Origin: Macrostomum lignano
Taxonomy: Eukaryota
Direction: 5' to 3'
Assembly: GCA_002269645.1 (NCBI GenBank)
Contig: NIVC01002249.1
Coordinates: forward strand, 126,035-190,034
DNA length: 64,000 nucleotides
The notes under the pieces were generated by a model. The model searched no databases. It was not told the DNA's origin and saw only the letters and a list, made by a program, of their open reading frames with translations. Numbering within the stretch: position 1 is the stretch's first letter; each line of letters starts with the position of its first letter. Position numbers and translations under genes: made by a program. Of this stretch, positions 12,947-25,735 are shown piece by piece.

Positions 12947-13356
12947 AAATAGGCTGTCTCTGAACCAATGCTCCCAAAGCTCTGTTTCCTGGGATGGCGT
13001 CTGCGGCAGAGCCATCGATGGAAACACCAGTAGCAGGACTACGGAATAGTGCACTCACACGAACTGGGAGAAGGGCTGGTGGATGGCCGAGACTCCGAAG
13101 CTGGCACAAATCAGAGAGGTCAAGATCTTCAACAGACGACTCGACTGCTGTTCTAAAACAGACTTACAAACTTTGTGGTCACGGTGGACGGTGACGCGTG
13201 TGCGCCTCGTACAACTCAAGCAGCGTCTTCAAGGTTTGAAGACGTTCAGTTGCAACAGAGTAGGCAGGGTCGTGAAGATCAACAGTCGCAAGAAAACTTC
13301 CCTGACCCTATGCGAAGTTCAGGTGTTCGGCTTCTACGCAAAGTCGTATATGGGCA
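12947..13356 (+). pseudogene. F-type lectin (fucolectin/FTP domain) exon, disrupted
   Basis: CSQSS...RAIDGN...CTHT...GWWM...NRRLDCC..RLTNFVVTVDG..C...GRVVKI...LTLCEVQVFG matches the FTP-domain pattern. In-frame TAG at 13047-13049 and about three frameshifts. Flanked by an AG acceptor (12946) and a GTAAGT donor (13357). Confidence 0.7.
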
Positions 13357-14376
13357 GTAAGTTATAAACCTTTCCGTGTTCCCTTCGAAGACATTGCTAG
13401 GCTAAATTGTCAAGTGTTAAATTCATTACACCAACTCCAAGTGAGTGCTAAAGAATGCAATTTAACATATTATAAATAGCAACAGACTCTGTGTATGACA
13501 CTCTTATCTGCAGCTCCACTGCCGATTGTCTAACTCGTACGGTGTGTGAAGCTTGACGACACCGAATGAAGAGGAGGACGAATGATTGACTTCTATGACG
13601 GAGAGAATTGAGCAACTCTCAAAATAAGACTTTCACTCACCTAACGATTGTGAAAGTCTATTTATATTTTCCTTTCGCCCAAGTGCAGGTTTATTTAAAC
13701 ACAGCTCTTTTTGATTCGCGGTGGTGGAAAGCTATCTAATAGAAAAGACATTTATCGGTTGAGAAGATAGCTGGAACCCCGGATGACGGTGTATTGGAAT
13801 ATGTGCACCACTGAAGTTGCTTCGCCTTTCTACCCAGTTTGTAATGTTCAGTTAGCTAGGAATATCGACCAAAATCAAAGCTTTCCTCATGCACCAACCC
13901 CAACACTTCAAATATCCACTATATAGCATGTAGACACATCTAATTATGCCTTAATTCTGCAATGCAATCAGGCAATTATTGCAATTATCAGGCAATCAGG
14001 CCCGCGATCAAGGTTTGTGTCTCTTCTCAGCTCGATGCCTCGATGTCCTCTCTCTAATCGCCTCTTTTTTTCTCCTCTTTCCTCTCCTCTCCTCTCCTCT
14101 CTCGTTTCCTCTCTTCCCCCCCTTTTTTGCCTCGCCTCTCCTTTCTCCTATCTCTCTTCTCTCTATTCCATTTCCTTTCTCCCCTCCTCTGGCCCGCAGT
14201 TCTCTAGTTCTCGGTTCTCTAGCTGGCCCTAATTGAGGCGGAGTTTGCCGACCCTGATAATACAAACTGAACTTTTTTCATATCTGATTGAAAGTCTCCT
14301 GTTAGTTTAAAATTACTTCGAATTGATTAATCCGCAGAAATATGGAGAGAGAAAGAGAGAGAGATTCACTTCTTGT

Positions 14377-15135
14377 CTACGACCAGTTTTGCTAAGCTAT
14401 CTCGTGTCTCTATGATTCTAGCAGTCATACCGTTCTCACTACGACCAGTTTTGCTAAGCTATCTCGTGTCTCTATGATTCTAGCAGTCATACCGTTCTCA
14501 CTACGACCAGTTTTGCTAAAATATCTCGTGTCTCTATGATTCTAGCAGTCATACCGTTCTCACTACGACCAGTTTTGCTAAGCTATCTCGTGTCTCTATG
14601 ATTCTAGCAGTCATACCGTTCTCACTACGACCAGTTTTGCTAAGCTATCTCGTGTCTCTATGATTCTAGCAGTCATACCGTTCTCACTACGACCAGTTTT
14701 GCTAAAATATCTCGTGTCTCTATGATTCTAGCAGTCATACCGTTCTCACTACGACCAGTTTTGCTAAGCTATCTCGTGTCTCTATGATTCTAGCAGTCAT
14801 ACCGTTCTCACTACGACCAGTTTTGCTAAGCTATCTCGTGTCTCTATGATTCTAGCAGTCATACCGTTCTCACTACGACCAGTTTTGCTAAGCTATCTCG
14901 TGTCTCTATGATTCTAGCAGTCATACCGTTCTCACTACGACCAGTTTTGCTAAGCTATCTCGTGTCTCTATGATTCTAGCAGTCATACCGTTCTCACTAC
15001 GACCAGTTTTGCTAAGCTATCTCGTGTCTCTATGATTCTAGCAGTCATACCGTTCTCACTACGACCAGTTTTGCTAAGCTATCTCGTGTCTCTATGATTC
15101 TAGCAGTCATACCGTTCTCACTACGACCAGTTTTG
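14377..15135. repeat. 62-bp tandem array, 12 copies
   Basis: Unit CTACGACCAGTTTTGCTAAGCTATCTCGTGTCTCTATGATTCTAGCAGTCATACCGTTCTCA, almost invariant. Confidence 0.95.
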
Positions 15136-15182
15136 AGCTTGCGACAAGCCCCAAAGTCATAGCTGAATTAATTGTCTGTCAG

Positions 15183-15400
15183 TTGCGGCCTGACTGTCTG
15201 ACTATGAGAAAATCGGGGCCGCTGTGCACCCTGGATGTGTGCATCCATTCCCTCGTTGAGATCCTAAACACCGCCATGCGCGCCAACGCCCCTAAGTTGT
15301 ATTGCAGGAAGAAATACTCTCCTTGGTGGAGTCCCGAGCTCACTCACATGAAGAAAAACATCAAGACAAGAAAACACAAGACAAGAAAAACCTTTGGTCT
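15183..15400 (+). mobile_element. Degenerate LINE ORF2 fragment (region between endonuclease and RT)
   Basis: [21 protein letters not shown]...[15 protein letters not shown] resembles the PWW-x-x-EL linker typical of LINE ORF2. Confidence 0.45.
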
Positions 15401-15711
15401 AGCTAAAACAGGCTTACATGGACCACCTAATTTCTCGGATAGACTGAAACATTCAACTGAACTGTCAATAGGTAATACACGAGAAGACACGAATGTCTCG
15501 CAGGAGATATCCCAATAACACAGAGTCCCGGAGAGGTGCAACAGTAACAGATGTTACATCAAGTGGACTGGATACCTAAGGTAAGCATACTCGCATTGAA
15601 ATTGCAGTAAGTACTAAAACAAAGTGTTATTTAGGATGAAAAAATGTTTTCCTGCCAGACCAAAAAGCAAAATCTACCAGGTAAGCAAATCGGTGCACAT
15701 ACAACTTAAGC

Positions 15712-16978
15712 TGGTCCAGCTAACCTACAGACTGTACTGACGTCACAGAGCCAGTCTGTTTAAGAGCCTCACAGATGGGAGGTGGAATTCAAGTTTAGGA
15801 GGTCCAGCTAACCTACAGACTGTACTGACGCAACTGAGCCAGTCTGTTGAAGAGCCTCACAGATGGGAGGTGGAATTTAATTTTAGGTGGTCCAACTAAC
15901 CTACAGACTGCACTGACGCAACTGAGCCAGTCTGTTGAAGAGCCTCACAAATGGGGGTGGAATTCAAGTTTAGGTGGTCCAGCTAACCTACAGACTGCAC
16001 TGACGCAACTGAGCCAGTCTGTTTAAGAGCCTCACAGATGGGAGGTGGAGTTCAAGTTTAGGTGGTCCAGCTAACTTACAGACTGCACTGACGCAACTGA
16101 GCCAGTCTGTTTTAGAGCCTCACCAATAGGAGGTAGAATTCAAGTCCAGGAGATCCAGCTAACCTACAGACTGTACTGACACCAATATGCCAGTCTGTTT
16201 CAAAGTCTCAGTAGAATATCAGTTGCAAACTGTCAATCCTGAATTCTCGTATAAATGCCAAATTTGACAGGCCCAGTCTGAAGACGGCAAGTCAGCTTTG
16301 ATGCAGACGAGTGACGCAAGCAACTCCAGGAAGATGTCGACCAAGACTTTAAAGGCCAAGAGCCATTGAGTCGACTATAGGCTGACACCTCACGTCTGGA
16401 CACCTCTAAGAAGTCGGCTGAGGCACCTGAGATGCTGGTCAGTCCGGTGGACAGACGTGTTGCCTCATCGCAGTTCAGTCATCGGACGAGATTGAAACTA
16501 CTGTGGTGAGCCTGCTGCAAAAGTGTTCAGATTTGGCTTTTCCTATTCTAATTGAACTGGTCCAGCTAACCTACAGACTGTACTGACGCCACAGAGCCAG
16601 TCTGTTTAAGAGCCTCACATATGGGGTGGAATTCAAGTTTAGGAGGTCCAGCTAACCCAGCAACAGACTGCACTGACGCAACTGAGCCAGTCTGTTGAAG
16701 AGCCTCACAGATAGGAGGTGGAATTCAAGTCCAGGAGGTCCAGCTAACCTACAGACTGCACTGACGCAACTGAGCCAGTCTGTTGAAGAGCCTCACAGAT
16801 GGAGGTGGAATTCAAGTCCAGGAGGTCCAGCTAACCTACAGACTGCACTGACGCAACTGAGCCAGTCTGTTGAAGAGCCTCACAGATAGGAGGTGGAATT
16901 CAAGTCCAGGAGGTCCAGCTAACCTACAGACTGCACTGACGCAACTGTGAGCCAGTCTGTTGAAGAGCCTCACAGATT
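15712..16978. repeat. ~87-bp minisatellite in two clusters (15712-16200 and 16557-16978)
   Basis: Unit GGTCCAGCTAACCTACAGACTGCACTGACGCAACTGAGCCAGTCTGTTGAAGAGCCTCACAGATGGAGGTGGAATTCAAGTCCAGGA, about 10 copies in total, split by about 350 bp of unrelated sequence. Confidence 0.9.
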
Positions 16979-17733
16979 GTGGCTTTCTGTGAGATGATTC
17001 CGCTATCCGTCGTAACATGTGTTGTCCGTCCGTTAAAACTTTTTTAATTGTTTAAAATTGAGTGGAAAGTTTTTCTATTGTAATACGTGAAATTTATTAA
17101 GCAAATGTATTTATTAATTATTGTATATCGTCGTCAATCTACTTGCTTTTTGGCACATATTTGGGACGTTAAGTGTGTTTCTTTAGGTTTATCGTTATTC
17201 TAGTGCACTACGAGCTACAAATATGACTTTTTGCTATTTAAACTTTTGCTTGGCCGTTAATTTGCACTGCTAACTATTTTTCTCGGCCTAAAAATTAGTT
17301 GCATTTGATTCATTTGTTTTTAATGAGGATGATCGGTTCTTGAGTCCGGAGCAAAGTAGAACTGAATGCATTATTTGCACTTTATTACATATTTTGTATT
17401 TTGGGCTTCTGTCACGTGACTTTTTAGTGTTTTTTCTCGTGCTTAACAGTACTGGGTCGATAATAATCGCAGTACTCTGCTAAATAAATGATGGTCCACC
17501 TAAACGGTGTCTTTTTGAAGGTCCACCTAAAACAGGTCCGGGCTGGTCCAGCTATCCCAGTTGAAAGTGACATGCAGTTTCCACGAGATGGCTAATCTGC
17601 AGGCTAAACTGAAAGACAACCCACGCTAACTTTTCGTGTAGAGACAAAAGACACCGGTTTTATAAGGAAACTAGGTGGTCCACCTAATGCATTAACCAAA
17701 CTCTCTGGTCCCGCTAAACACACAGACAGTGGT

Positions 17734-18160
<427 letters not shown>

Positions 18161-20204
18161 TTAACGCCGACGTCTGTGGGAACAGTGTGCTATGGGCTCG
18201 GACAGCGCTCCGCTAAACGCGGCCGTGACCAAGACGTGCACCGGAAAGTGCAGTCGTGGAAATTGGCGCAGAAAACTTTGTCTACGGGGTAGAAAAAGGA
18301 AACACAATGCGTGTCACTATTTACAGTAGAGCTATTCGTAAAGTCAGCAAAATCGAATTTTTATACATAAAAATCATCTCGCACTTTATCAAAGATAATT
18401 GATAATTCCCTTCTCCAAGAAGGTCAGCACCAGATAAAAGCACCAGAGGCGGTATCAAAAGCAGCGGTACAGGTAGAAAAGCCCTAGTCTTCTTCTAGAT
18501 TGCCCTAGATTGACAAATTTAGTTTTCACTAATTTGAGATTGGTAATTGTCTGGAAAGAAGACTCTTGAAACTCTTGAAAGAAAATTTATTGTATCTGTT
18601 TGAATGCTAAAGGTATTAAATATTTGAAAAAACGATTGTTTCTCCAACGTTTTTAATAGGAGGCTATAGAAAAGGTCAAAATCTCGACTGACTGAATTAG
18701 TGAATTGCAATTCCAATTGAGATTGGCCACAACTTTTTGCTCTCCACTGTGTAGGCCTCAATACTGGCTGTGTGGAAGGGTAAGAAAATGCCCAGTGGCT
18801 GCATGTGTACATTCTGACCCTGGCTGACTGATGGAATGCATCGACAAATGGCTTTTTAGCAAAAACCTGGACTATTCTAGATCTGTGGGGAAAATCTACT
18901 TGTTATAATATGCAAACATAATTTCCGGTTGCCTTCGCCGAAATTCGTAAAGTCAAAATTTAACGCAAGGTCTCTGTGGTGGTTACCTTACCTTCTCATG
19001 CCTTGCCTTCCCTCTACCTCTTGTCTTACATACCAGTTAATCTTTTAAAACATACCCAGGGTTTCTTTGGTATCCTCATCCAATCTCCTAACGAAACTTC
19101 TGTAAAAATGATAACTTTAAATTAAAAAATCTGTTTCCTGATGCCCTGACATCTGAGACTGAGAGAGAGTAGGCCTACATGCTATATTCTGTTTTCCTGA
19201 GCCAGACTTGATGAATAATGGTCTAGCAGTCTGTTATTTGTCATAGTCACTAGAATAATAAAAACTTAGGTAGTTTTTCAGTAGGCCAACTCTTTATAGT
19301 GTATTATCTATAGTGTAGGATACATCATTGATTATTGTAGGCCTAATAGTCAACTTAAGTCCCATATCCCTTGCCCCCAATCTTTTGATTAATAAAATTA
19401 TTAAAGAAAACTATTTGACAAAAAAGCACTTGTATGCCTAGACATAGTCTAGGCCTAAAAGGGAGACTGATATGCTGTGTGCCTAATAAAACAGTAAAAA
19501 ATTAAAAATATTTAATTCATCATTAAATTTAAACTATCAGTATCATGAAAAAATATTTAATTTTAGGCCTAGGCCTATGTTTTATTTAATGTAGGCCTAG
19601 TCTTCTCTTATAACTTATATTCTTATATATTTTTTAATTTAATATTTTGAGGTAGGCCTTATTTTAGCATTGTTTGTTTCCTAGAAAGTAGTATATTTGA
19701 AACTAGGTTATTTTGTTTTAATACATATAATATTAGTAATATTGTAAATATTTTAAATATTATGAAATTTTATTTGTTTAAAAGACCAAATCAAGAAGAG
19801 TATAAATACACAAGCCGAATAAGAAGGAGAGCAACTTGGGCAACTTGTGCTACTTGTGCTTCGCTGGCTTCTAGCTTAAAACTGTTCTAGTATATTACTC
19901 GGTACTTACTGACTTAGTTATTTTAGAAAGCATCGGAAGCCCCAAGATTGGGAGAGTTTAACCCGTTCTCAGAGAACGAGACAACCAGATCTAGGATCTG
20001 AGAAATCGCCTTTAGGAGGCAGAGATCCTACCACAGGGTAGAGAAGCCCAGACTCAGAGTCTGAGAAACCCGCCTCAGGGCAGAATACCCAGCAAATAAG
20101 CTATGACCCTCTGATCCCAGGAACGCCCAGGACTGAAAATAATATCTTTAGAGGAGTATAAGGATAGGATAGACAGTGCCTAAAAAGACCGCTCAGGCCA
20201 GAAA

Positions 20205-20320
20205 GTACAATAGAAGTACAGACGCTACTAGTAAAAGTACAGACGCTACCAATAAAAGTACATACGCTACTAATAGAAGTACAGACGCTACCAGTAAAAG
20301 TACATGCGCTACTAGTAAAA
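20205..20320. repeat. 24-bp tandem repeat, about 5 copies (AAGTACAGACGCTACYAGTA core)
   Basis: Directly visible diverged copies. Confidence 0.8.
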
Positions 20321-21910
20321 GGCAAGTGATAACCAGTAAGATTAATAAGAAGGAATAACCCCTGTAACAGCTTGGTAGCAGCAAATAAGGCTAAACAAAA
20401 GAATAAATAAGAGCCCTGGGACAGCTTTTGGTGGCATTTAGTAGGATTCTCAGTGCATAGGAAACATGCCTAGCACAACTTTGGTCTCAGAAGTGGGATA
20501 TTATTAAGAAGGAAACATCCACTAGCACAATTTTATATTTAAAAGTCTATTTATAATATATTTATTATTTTTCTATCTTTTCTCAACTTTACTTTAAAAT
20601 GCATAAGACTAAAGCCTAAGGTATAAAGCTTTACTTAAAGTAACCATAATTAGGAAGATAACCATTTAGAGAAAATTCTGATAAAAATAGTTAAATATAT
20701 ATGTTGTTCTATTGTATTATAATGCAATAGCAAGTAAGGAAGATCTTACACAATATAGTGCAAAAAATGATGCAATTTGACAAGGTAAAATTTGGTATAA
20801 AAATATTTTTGCTGATAAATAATTAGTGATTTTTTGTTTGCCAGTATATTGATAGTTTTTTTAATTAAAATATATCAACATTGTAGTTTCTACAAACCAG
20901 ATTTAATCATAACATAAGTCTTATTTTAAAAAGTTATTAGTTTTTTTATACTAAAATATTATCAATTGATAAGTTAGGCTTTAGCTTTTATTATTAAAAT
21001 TGAAATTGTTTATTAAATTTTTTGATAAAAAATAAGGTTTACTTTCAAAGATACATATATATAATAGTAACAGAGATTTAATTGTAATTTAGCCTACAGT
21101 CATCCAAGCACCATCACTATCACCAGTTTGGACCACTCAATAAAATAATAATATTTGCAATTATAGTAACAAACCAATGATATTTTAGATTCTAAATTAT
21201 TTTTATATTAACATTTTTAAACAATTGTGCTACTATTACCATTGTCCCAATTGGCACCTTCATCATTTTTTGCTACATAGTGTCAGAAAAGCCTAGAATT
21301 TTTATTTCTCCTGTTTTTTCACATGCCTTTAAGTAATGTAATACAATGTAATGACTATTTTATATTGAATTTACAATCTAGATAAATGTTCTGTTTGATT
21401 TCTAAGCTTATATATGAAAGTTAAAACATAGCCACCAAAGCAGCAGCCACTCCCCCTATAGCCACCACTATTGCCAATATAACTTTATATATTTAATGTT
21501 AGAAATCAAAGAAATGATTGTATATATTGTAATTCAATCTAAAATAGTCATTACAGTGCATTATGAAATTAAAAACCTTAGATAATTATAGTAATAATAT
21601 AACTATTGAATATGTATGAGCTCGTAAAGTTAGCTATAAATTGTAAATAAGATAATAAACAAATAATGATATCAATATGAAATTTCACAAAAAAATTCTT
21701 TTCCCTCATGGTGCTACTTAGGCAGCAGTAGCACAATAGAGACTTTGCTTTATTTTGAATTGTCTATTGATAGAGCATATTTTATCTCTATTGAAATTGG
21801 TACTGAATCTGGTTACTTGAATGCATGTTGTGCCAAATCTGCTTGGCTAAGATTTGCACTGACCATTGCTGCTGCTGACTGCTTCCAGAGTGCTTTTGCC
21901 ATATCTTGCA

Positions 21911-22607
21911 ATGGACACTCAGCAGCAGGCTAAAAATGCTACTCATTCTTCTGGTCACACAGCAATGGATGTAGATGAGACTGCAGCTGCTGCCTCAGTT
22001 ACTGCAGCTGTCGCCTCTTCTGCTGGTCTGCCCGACCCAGCCAACTCGAGCAGCTCAACTGAGCAGCAGCCGCCGGCTCGCCAGATTCAGCTTCAAAGCG
22101 ACACCGAGGTCAGCCTGACCGACTTCCTCTCCTCTCTGGGCCGCTACGATAGCAAATTATGCGGCGACAGTAGTAAGAAGTATGAGCGGATTATGAAAAT
22201 TGGCCAGGGCACCTTTGGCGAGGTGTTCAAAGCGCGCAGCCGATTAGAAAAGAATCTGATCGCTATGAAGAAGATCAAGATGGAGCACGAATTGGAAGGC
22301 TTTCCCATCACGGCTATTCGAGAAATTCGGATTCTATTGGCCGCAAATCATAAAAATCTTGTTAAACTGTTGGAGATCTGCAAGACCGAGCCGACTAAGG
22401 CTAATCGGTACAAGTCTGAGTTTCACCTGATATTCGAAATGCTCGATCACGATCTGGCCGGGTTATTGGCTAATCCGAAAGTGACATTCACCCTGGCTGA
22501 GAAGAAGGACATGCTGCACCAGCTGCTGGAGGGTGTGTGGTATCTGCACAGGGTCAACATTCTGCACAGAGACATGAAGGCCGCCAATATACTCATTTCT
22601 AAGAAAG
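21911..22607 (+). CDS. CDK9: Cyclin-dependent kinase 9, exon 1
   Basis: KIGQGTFGEVFKAR, EGFPITAIRE, HRDMKAANILI. Donor G|GTTTGT at 22608. ATG 21911 is the first Met and is assumed to be the start. Confidence 0.9.
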
Positions 22608-22829
22608 GTTTGTTGTCTCGAGTGCCTGTTATCTAGAGTTATTGTTTGAGCAGAATAGGCAGGTTGTGTCACCCCTCATGGCACCCAGCGTGAGCCAGTG
22701 GCGAATTAAGCTGAGCTCCAGTTCACGCAGCCGTTATAGAGTTAGCAGCTCTCTAAGCTGCCGTGAACTACTTCGGGGTGAGAGTGCAGTGGCGACTCCC
22801 TGACAGTGTCCTCCACACTCTACAGCAGC

Positions 22830-23390
22830 TAGCTGTGTACAGTGATGATGCAGTGAGACTGTGTACAGTGATGATGCACTGAGTCTGTGTACAGACTGCC
22901 TGCAAGCTGTAGCTGTGTACAGTGATGATGCTGAGTCTGTGTACAGACTGCCTGCAAGCTGTAGTTGTGTACAGTGATGATGCTGTGAGCCTGTGTACAG
23001 ACTCCATTCTAGCTGTAGCTGTGTTAGTGTACAGTGATGATGCAGTGAGGCTGTGTACAGACTCCATGCTAGCTGTAGCTGTGTACAGTGATGATGCAGT
23101 GAGGCTGTGTTCAGGCTCCATGCTAGCTGTAGCTGTGTACAGTGATGATGCAGTGAGGCTGTGTACAGGCTCCATGCTAGCTGTAGCTGTGTACAGTGAT
23201 GATGCAGTGAGGCTGTGTACAGGCTCCATGCTAGCTGTAGCTGTGTACAGTGATGATGCAGTGAGGCTGTGTACAGGCTCCATGCTAGCTGTAGCTGTGT
23301 ACAGTGATGATGCAGTGAGGCTGTGTACAGACTCCATGCTAGCTGTAGCTGTGTACAGTGATGATGCAGTGAGGCTGTGTACAGACATGT
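22830..23390. repeat. 54-bp minisatellite in CDK9 intron 1
   Basis: Unit GTGTACAGTGATGATGCAGTGAGGCTGTGTACAGGCTCCATGCTAGCTGTAGCT, about 10 copies. Confidence 0.92.
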
Positions 23391-23432
23391 ACATTCCAAC
23401 TGCACATCAATAAACAATAATGCGACCTGCAG

Positions 23433-23773
23433 GCGTGCTGAAGCTCGCAGACTTTGGCCTGGCCCGCAACATAACCACCAGCGACAAGACCAGGCAGTAC
23501 ACAGGCCGGGTGGTGACCCTGTGGTACAGGCCGCCGGAGCTGCTGCTGGGAGACCGGCAGTATGGACCCCCGCTAGACATGTGGGGCGTCGGCTGCATCG
23601 TGGCGGAGATGTGGACCAGATCGCCAATTATGCAAGGCGGTGCCGAGCAGAAGCAACTGGAGCTGATTGTGAACCTGTGCGGCTCCATCACTAAGGAGGT
23701 GTGGCCGAACTGCGAGAAACTCGAACTGTACCAGGAGATGTGCGCCGGCTTGCCAAGTAATCAGAAACGAAAG
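23433..23773 (+). CDS. CDK9: Cyclin-dependent kinase 9, exon 2
   Basis: VLKLADFGLAR...YTGRVVTLWYRPPELLLG...AEMWTRSPIMQG...LCGSIT is diagnostic for CDK9. Acceptor CAG at 23432 and donor GTGATT at 23774 keep the frame. Confidence 0.92.
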
Positions 23774-24387
23774 GTGATTAGAAATTTTCTTGGCGGTTGC
23801 CATGGCAGGGCCATTCATCCAGTTACTACTTTTAGTATTTAGTTGCCAAGGCCTACTTAAGTATAATGTATTCGGTAAAACCTGTAGCCCTTAGTAGTTA
23901 TATGTACAATTAATTTACTCTTTCAATATTGTCCAAGTTTTTATACTTTATCCGCATTTCCTAGAAAGCAGATCGTCATTCCTCGAATCTGTTTTGCATT
24001 TCTTAGAATCTGGATTGTATTCCTGGAATTTAGGATTTTATTGTTTAAATATCAAGTCAGGCGTTTCCTAGAAATGTGGCTCAAGTTCCTAGAATGCTAT
24101 TTAAGTTCATACATGCGCAACCCCTGATTTACACTGGCCATGCGACTTACTAGCAAAATTAACGCTTTTGGGTAAACGGCAGGAGTAACTATAACTGTCT
24201 TATAAGGGCTAAATGCCTCGTCATCTAATTAGTACTACGTCTTTATTCTTTGGGGTGGGCATTTTTGCGAATTACCCCTGGTCCGCCACAATTTACGGTG
24301 GTCAGATCGGTCAGGTCGGCCAGCAGTTGCGCATGTATGTTTAAGTTTCTTAGAATATCAATCGTACCTATGGGGTTCTATCTAAGA

Positions 24388-24677
24388 GGTTGCAGCCTAA
24401 GTGGTCAGAGCGTCGGACTCACGACTTGAAGGTCGGGGGTTCGATTCCCGATTCCACTGGAACAGTTTGTGTTCTTGAGGAAGACACTTAACTCTGCATT
24501 GCTTCAGTTCACCCAGCTGTAAAATGGGTGCCATCATTAGCTGGGGTGATTGAGGGTGTGTGTGGCGACCCCCAAGTCCTTGGACTGAACAGCCGTACGC
24601 AGCCTTCAGATGCGCCGCGCAATAGCTGCGGCTGAGCTGTAAGTTGCACACCTGGCCTAACTGGGACAGGTGTAATC
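24388..24677 (+). mobile_element. tRNA-derived SINE, copy 1 (CDK9 intron 2)
   Basis: tRNA-like head with A box (TAAGTGG) and B box (GGTTCGATTCC), central GTGTTCTTGAGGAAGACACTTAAC..GTAAAATGGGT block. Two more near-identical copies occur in the window. Confidence 0.85.
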
Positions 24678-24779
24678 ACCTGCTATTTGGATTATATCCG
24701 TGGAATCTGGCGCTTCAAAAATGTTCTAATTCGTTTTCTTAGAAAGGGTGTAGAAACCAACTTTACCAATATTCGCCAG

Positions 24780-25130
24780 GTCAAGGAGCGACTCCGCCGC
24801 TACATCAACGACACCGAGGAAGGCCTCGACCTCATCGACAAGCTGCTGCAGTTGAACCCGGCCACCCGCCTGACGGCTGAGCATGCGCTTGATCACAACT
24901 TTTTCTTTGTCGAGCCGGAGCGCACCAGCATCGAGCCCAAGCTGCAGACCATCGATGTCAGCTGCTTCGAATTGCTTGTGTCCAGTCGGCAGGCCAAGCC
25001 GCCAATGGGCGTCCTCGGTGGCGGCGCCGGCGGAGGCGGCGTGGGCCGCGGCGGGCCCGGCGGATCCCGGATGCAGGTGCCGCCAACAAGGAATTTCCCG
25101 GATAATCCCAACTACGATAGGATTTTTTGA
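24780..25130 (+). CDS. CDK9: Cyclin-dependent kinase 9, exon 3 (last)
   Basis: VKERLRRY...LDLIDKLLQLNP..RL.AEHALDHNFF, ending in YDRIF*, like the CDK9 C-terminal ERVF motif. Acceptor CAG at 24779. Confidence 0.9.
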   Translation, partial: VKERLRRYINDTEEGLDLIDKLLQLNPATRLTAEHALDHNFFFVEPERTSIEPKLQTIDVSCFELLVSSRQAKPPMGVLGGGAGGGGVGRGGPGGSRMQVPPTRNFPDNPNYDRIF

Positions 25131-25264
25131 CTGTCTGTTTTGCGTATTCATTTGCATGCATTCGTATAAATGAGTAGCCCAATTTGCTTCTGTGCGCGGT
25201 CGGAGGTGGGTCTGTTTGTGCTAGCTTTGGATTGCATGTACTTTTCTAACTCTTTCCCTTTCGC

Positions 25265-25735
25265 CTTTGTTTCTTTGCCTCTCCTCTCTCCTCTCCTCTC
25301 CTCTTCTCTCTCCCTCTCCCCTCTCCCTCTTCTCTCCCTCTACTCTCTCCCTCTCCTCTCTCCTCTCCTCTCCTCTTCTCTCTCTCCCTCTCCCCTCTCC
25401 CTCTTCTCTCTCCCCCTCTCTCCTCTCCCTCTTCTCTCCCTCTCTCTCCCTCTTCTCTCTCCTACCTCTCCTTCTCCTCTCTCCTCTCCTCTTCTCTCTC
25501 TCCCTCTCTTCTCTCCTCTTCTCTCTCCCCCTCTCTCCTCTCTCCCCCTTATCTCCCTCTTCTCTCTCCTTTCGCTCTTTCACCACTCTCCTTTCCCTCT
25601 CATCTCTCCTCTCCTCTCTCCCCCTCTCCTCTATCCCCCGTATCTCCCTCTCCTATCTGCCTCCTCTCTCTCCCCTCTCTCCTTTTCTCCCACCTCTCTC
25701 CCTCTCCCTCTTCTCTCCCCCTCCTCTCCTCAGTC
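25265..25735. repeat. CT-rich low-complexity tract
   Basis: Polypyrimidine (CT/CCT) run. Confidence 0.9.

Noticed and set aside
24388-24460. Bona fide tRNA gene (CAC anticodon-like loop)
   Set aside because: The acceptor and anticodon stems pair poorly and the sequence continues into a SINE body repeated three times.
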